Source: Lytechinus pictus
Lineage: Eukaryota
DNA length: 64,000 nt
Assembly (NCBI RefSeq): GCF_037042905.1
Contig: NC_087245.1
Coordinates: 18,664,001 to 18,728,000 of the forward strand
Direction of reading: 5' to 3'
Shown here: positions 61,461-64,000 of the stretch, one piece after another
How positions within the stretch are numbered: the first letter of the stretch is position 1
Layout of the letters: each line of letters starts with the position of its first letter
Translations under genes and position numbers: made by a program
The notes under the pieces: model-generated
Seen by the model: the letters and a program-made list of their open reading frames with translations, nothing else
Told to the model about the DNA's origin: nothing
The model's database searches: none

Positions 61461-62652
61461 ATAAAAAATGAAATATTGTACGATTCAAACAATAAAAAAC
61501 AAAAGAAATAGTGAGTGATGGACATCATTGACTGACTCACCAAGTTGTGCATATCACTGTTTTGTGAAAAAAAATAAGCGAAACTTTAAAATGTCAAAAC
61601 GTTCTTATTTTACATCCGATTTTGATGAAATTTTCAGCACTATGCTAGTTTGATTTTTCTTTATTTATTCAAGTCAGCATTTTCCTGGGGTGGACTTGAC
61701 CTTAAAAGATAGAGGCAACATTGTGATTGATTGCCTGTTATTAATTCAAATTCTCCTAATATTCCAGAGATACATGGCTCATGTGTAGAGAGCGTTTAGA
61801 GGTCTATCTATTGCCGAGGTCATTATGTGCGTGCGGAAGTGTGCGGATCAAATAATAACATATTATTTGTCACAAAGTCGTCTGCTTCTTAATTTTGTTG
61901 CTTCAAATCTAAACTTTAAAGCATGTTGATAGAAAAGCATTTTCTAACACATGGCATCAGCCAACAAAAACCAAAACCTGGAATGCTGTGCCTTTGTAAA
62001 TAATCAGATACATATTAGATACAATCAGATACGCTTTGGTAGTCGCTATTGTCAAAACACCTGTAACGGTATGTTCTTATTAAGATGCACATAGTCACTA
62101 AGCGGCAGATCTCATCTCATAGGTCCATGGTCCAATAGCCATTTTAGTCCTGTTTGGGGGTCTAAAAAGACAAATTGTTAATTGGGCGAAATGAATGAAA
62201 GCAAAATGGATTATTAGACCAACTGGTTATGAGACGAAGTGGTCATAGACGAGGTGAACCAAGTGATTGTTAGACAAAATATTGATGGACGGAATGGCAT
62301 TAGATTAATTGGTAGATCTAGATGTAATGAGTGGACGAGTTGACAATTTACCGCAAAAGGCCATTAAGACCATGTTAGGTCTACTAAGTGCAGAGTACAA
62401 TGCACATTTAGCTTATGACGACAGGATCTTATCTTGTCTAGACAATTGATGTGAGCTGACAATTTTTGATGATTTGATCTGAAAAGTGGACAGTTTATAA
62501 AAACACGTTAAAAAAAAAAAGAATAAAGAAAATTAGCATGGAACATGAGCTGAACATTTTTAGCAATTTAGACCTTCAAACAGGACATTCTAGCACTTTT
62601 AATCTTCAAAAGGAAATTAACAAAGATGCAAGCATGAAGCGCGAACTGAAAA

Positions 62653-63929
62653 TTTTTGTCTTGCCTGAACAAAGTTTGGCAGAGACCAAGTGATCACTAG
62701 TCTGTTATAGTCTGATAGTCCATTTGTTTGTTGGTCTGTTACAAATTTTTTTTAAATTTTGATGATGGGTCAAAGGTCATCTAGGGGTCAAAAGGTTAAG
62801 ATTTTGTGTTACTTCCTCTCATTTCTTTATTTGTGCATCAATTATATTCATACTTGTTACATATGATTCCTAGGATAATACCACATGTGACTCATGAGAA
62901 TGATGGGGTCAAAGGTCAAGGGGTCAACAAGTTTTTGTTCAACTTGCTCTCATTTCTTTATTTCGGCATCAATTTTGATCACATTTGGTTCAAATGATCA
63001 TTGGGTAATGCCATGTGTCTGTTATTGAGGATGATGGGTCAAAGGTCATGTGAGGGTCAAAAGGTCAAATTTTGTGTTCAAATTACTCTCATTTCTTTAT
63101 TTCTGTATCAATTGTGTTCACACTTGGTACATGTGATCCTTGGGTAATACCACATCATATGGTACCCAAGGATCACATGGTCCATATGTGTGTTCATGAG
63201 GATGATGTTGGGTTAAAGGTTATCTAGGGGGCTAAAGGTCAAAGGATATGGGGTCATGTCCATCCTTTTTTTGACTCGCATGAACTAAATTCGGCAGAGA
63301 CCGAGTAATCACTTTTCCTGTTGGTCCGTTGTCTGTTCGAAAAATTAATGTTACAAGTTTTTGTTCAATTTGCTCTCATTTCTTTATTTTTGCTTTAATT
63401 ATGTTCATACTTGATACATATGATCCTTGGATAATACCACATGTGTACCCATTGGAATGATGAGGTCAAAGGTAATTTATGGGTCAAAAGGTCAAATGAT
63501 ATGAGGTTATGTTCATCCTTTTTTGAAGTTTTTGTTCAAATTGCTCTCATTTCTTTATTTTTGCCTCAATTTTGATCACACTTGGTTAAAATGATCCGTG
63601 GGTAATACCACATGTGTGTTGTTGAGGATGATGGGGTCAAAGGTCATCTAGGCGTCAAAAGATCATATTGAAAATTTTATTGATCGCGAAATTAGGCATT
63701 AGGCAACACATTCGTGAACCTCCTTGTTTCAAGTTTGTGTTCAACTTGCTCTCATTTCTTTATTTTTCCATCAATTATGTTTATACTCTTATAGATATTA
63801 ATTGGGTAACACCACATGTGTTCATGAGGATAAAGAGGTCAAACGTCATTTAGGGGTCCAAAGATCATATTGCATATTTTGTTGATTGGGAAATCCGACG
63901 AGACTTGTGGTTCGTGAACCACCTTATTT
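62653..63929 (+). mobile_element. HINE/DINE-1-like element with tandem GGTCAAAGGTCA cores (outer copy)
   Basis: TTTTTGTCTTGCCTGAAC..GGCAGAGAC start; 3' subTIR CGACGAGAC, hairpin GTGGTTCGTGAACCAC, CTTATTT end. Confidence 0.75.
63271..63729 (+). mobile_element. Second HINE copy nested in a T-run of the outer copy
   Basis: TTGACTCGCATGAAC..GGCAGAGAC start and TTCGTGAACCTCCTTGTTT end inside the outer element. Confidence 0.65.
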
Positions 63930-64000
63930 CTTTGCCCCCTTTTATTTATTGTTTTGCGCCACCAATGGGGGGGGGGGGGGCACAGCTGCTCCCCCCACCT

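Larger units (their letters stand above)
57607..61702. mobile_element. Kolobok-type MITE split by the LINE (pieces 57607-57951 and 61461-61702)
   Basis: TTAA|AGGACAAGTCCACCCCA ... TGGGGTGGACTTGACCT|TAAA; long imperfect TIRs. Confidence 0.82.
57133..62352. mobile_element. Old TIR element with periodic (about 15 bp) subterminal repeats; hosts the Kolobok MITE and the LINE
   Basis: Left array of TTCGTCCA/TTGGTCTA (57145-57300) mirrored by TGGACGA/TAGACCAA array (62180-62350); ends GGTTTATTTTCAATTGGTCTA / GGTAAATTGTCAACTCGTCCA; no clear TSD. Confidence 0.55.

Noticed and set aside
61461..61552. First 31 aa of the 1159-aa ORF as native LINE sequence
   Set aside because: They lie in and beyond the TSD and come from the host Kolobok MITE
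62760..63900. CRISPR-like or nuclear-receptor DR1 arrays (GGTCAAAGGTCA repeats, also at 12600-12900 and 39200-39700)
   Set aside because: Intervening sequences are homologous tandem cores of HINE elements, not unique spacers; no evidence of regulatory function from sequence alone

Overview
Eukaryotic, AT-rich, intron-rich genomic DNA from an animal; the repeat landscape suggests a sea urchin or other marine invertebrate (inference, not proven). Two protein-coding genes face each other tail-to-tail. On the + strand are the last three coding exons of a La/SSB autoantigen gene (368-1888). On the - strand is a complete 23-coding-exon PTPN23/HD-PTP gene (46291->7006; 7092 nt CDS, 2363 aa; Bro1, V/coiled-coil, very long Q/P-rich region, PTP domain). 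I assembled all exons by hand and every junction is GT-AG with consistent phase. Introns and the upstream 18 kb are packed with transposons: a 7.3-kb Academ-like element carrying an SGNH-esterase fragment and a Cys-rich finger, an internally deleted two-gene Harbinger, hAT-, Sola1-, Kolobok-, Tc1- and PIF-type MITEs, Helentron-type HINEs, tRNA-derived SINEs, and a young 5'-truncated RNase H-bearing LINE inside a multi-level nest. Most notable: (i) this HD-PTP has HCSAGIDR, keeping the consensus Ala whose replacement by Ser makes human HD-PTP a pseudophosphatase, while changing other catalytic loops; (ii) the Academ-like element with esterase cargo and apparently its own promoter and exons. No prokaryote-type systems (CRISPR etc.) were seen. 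Transposon superfamily calls rest on termini, TSD length and recalled motifs, not on database searches.
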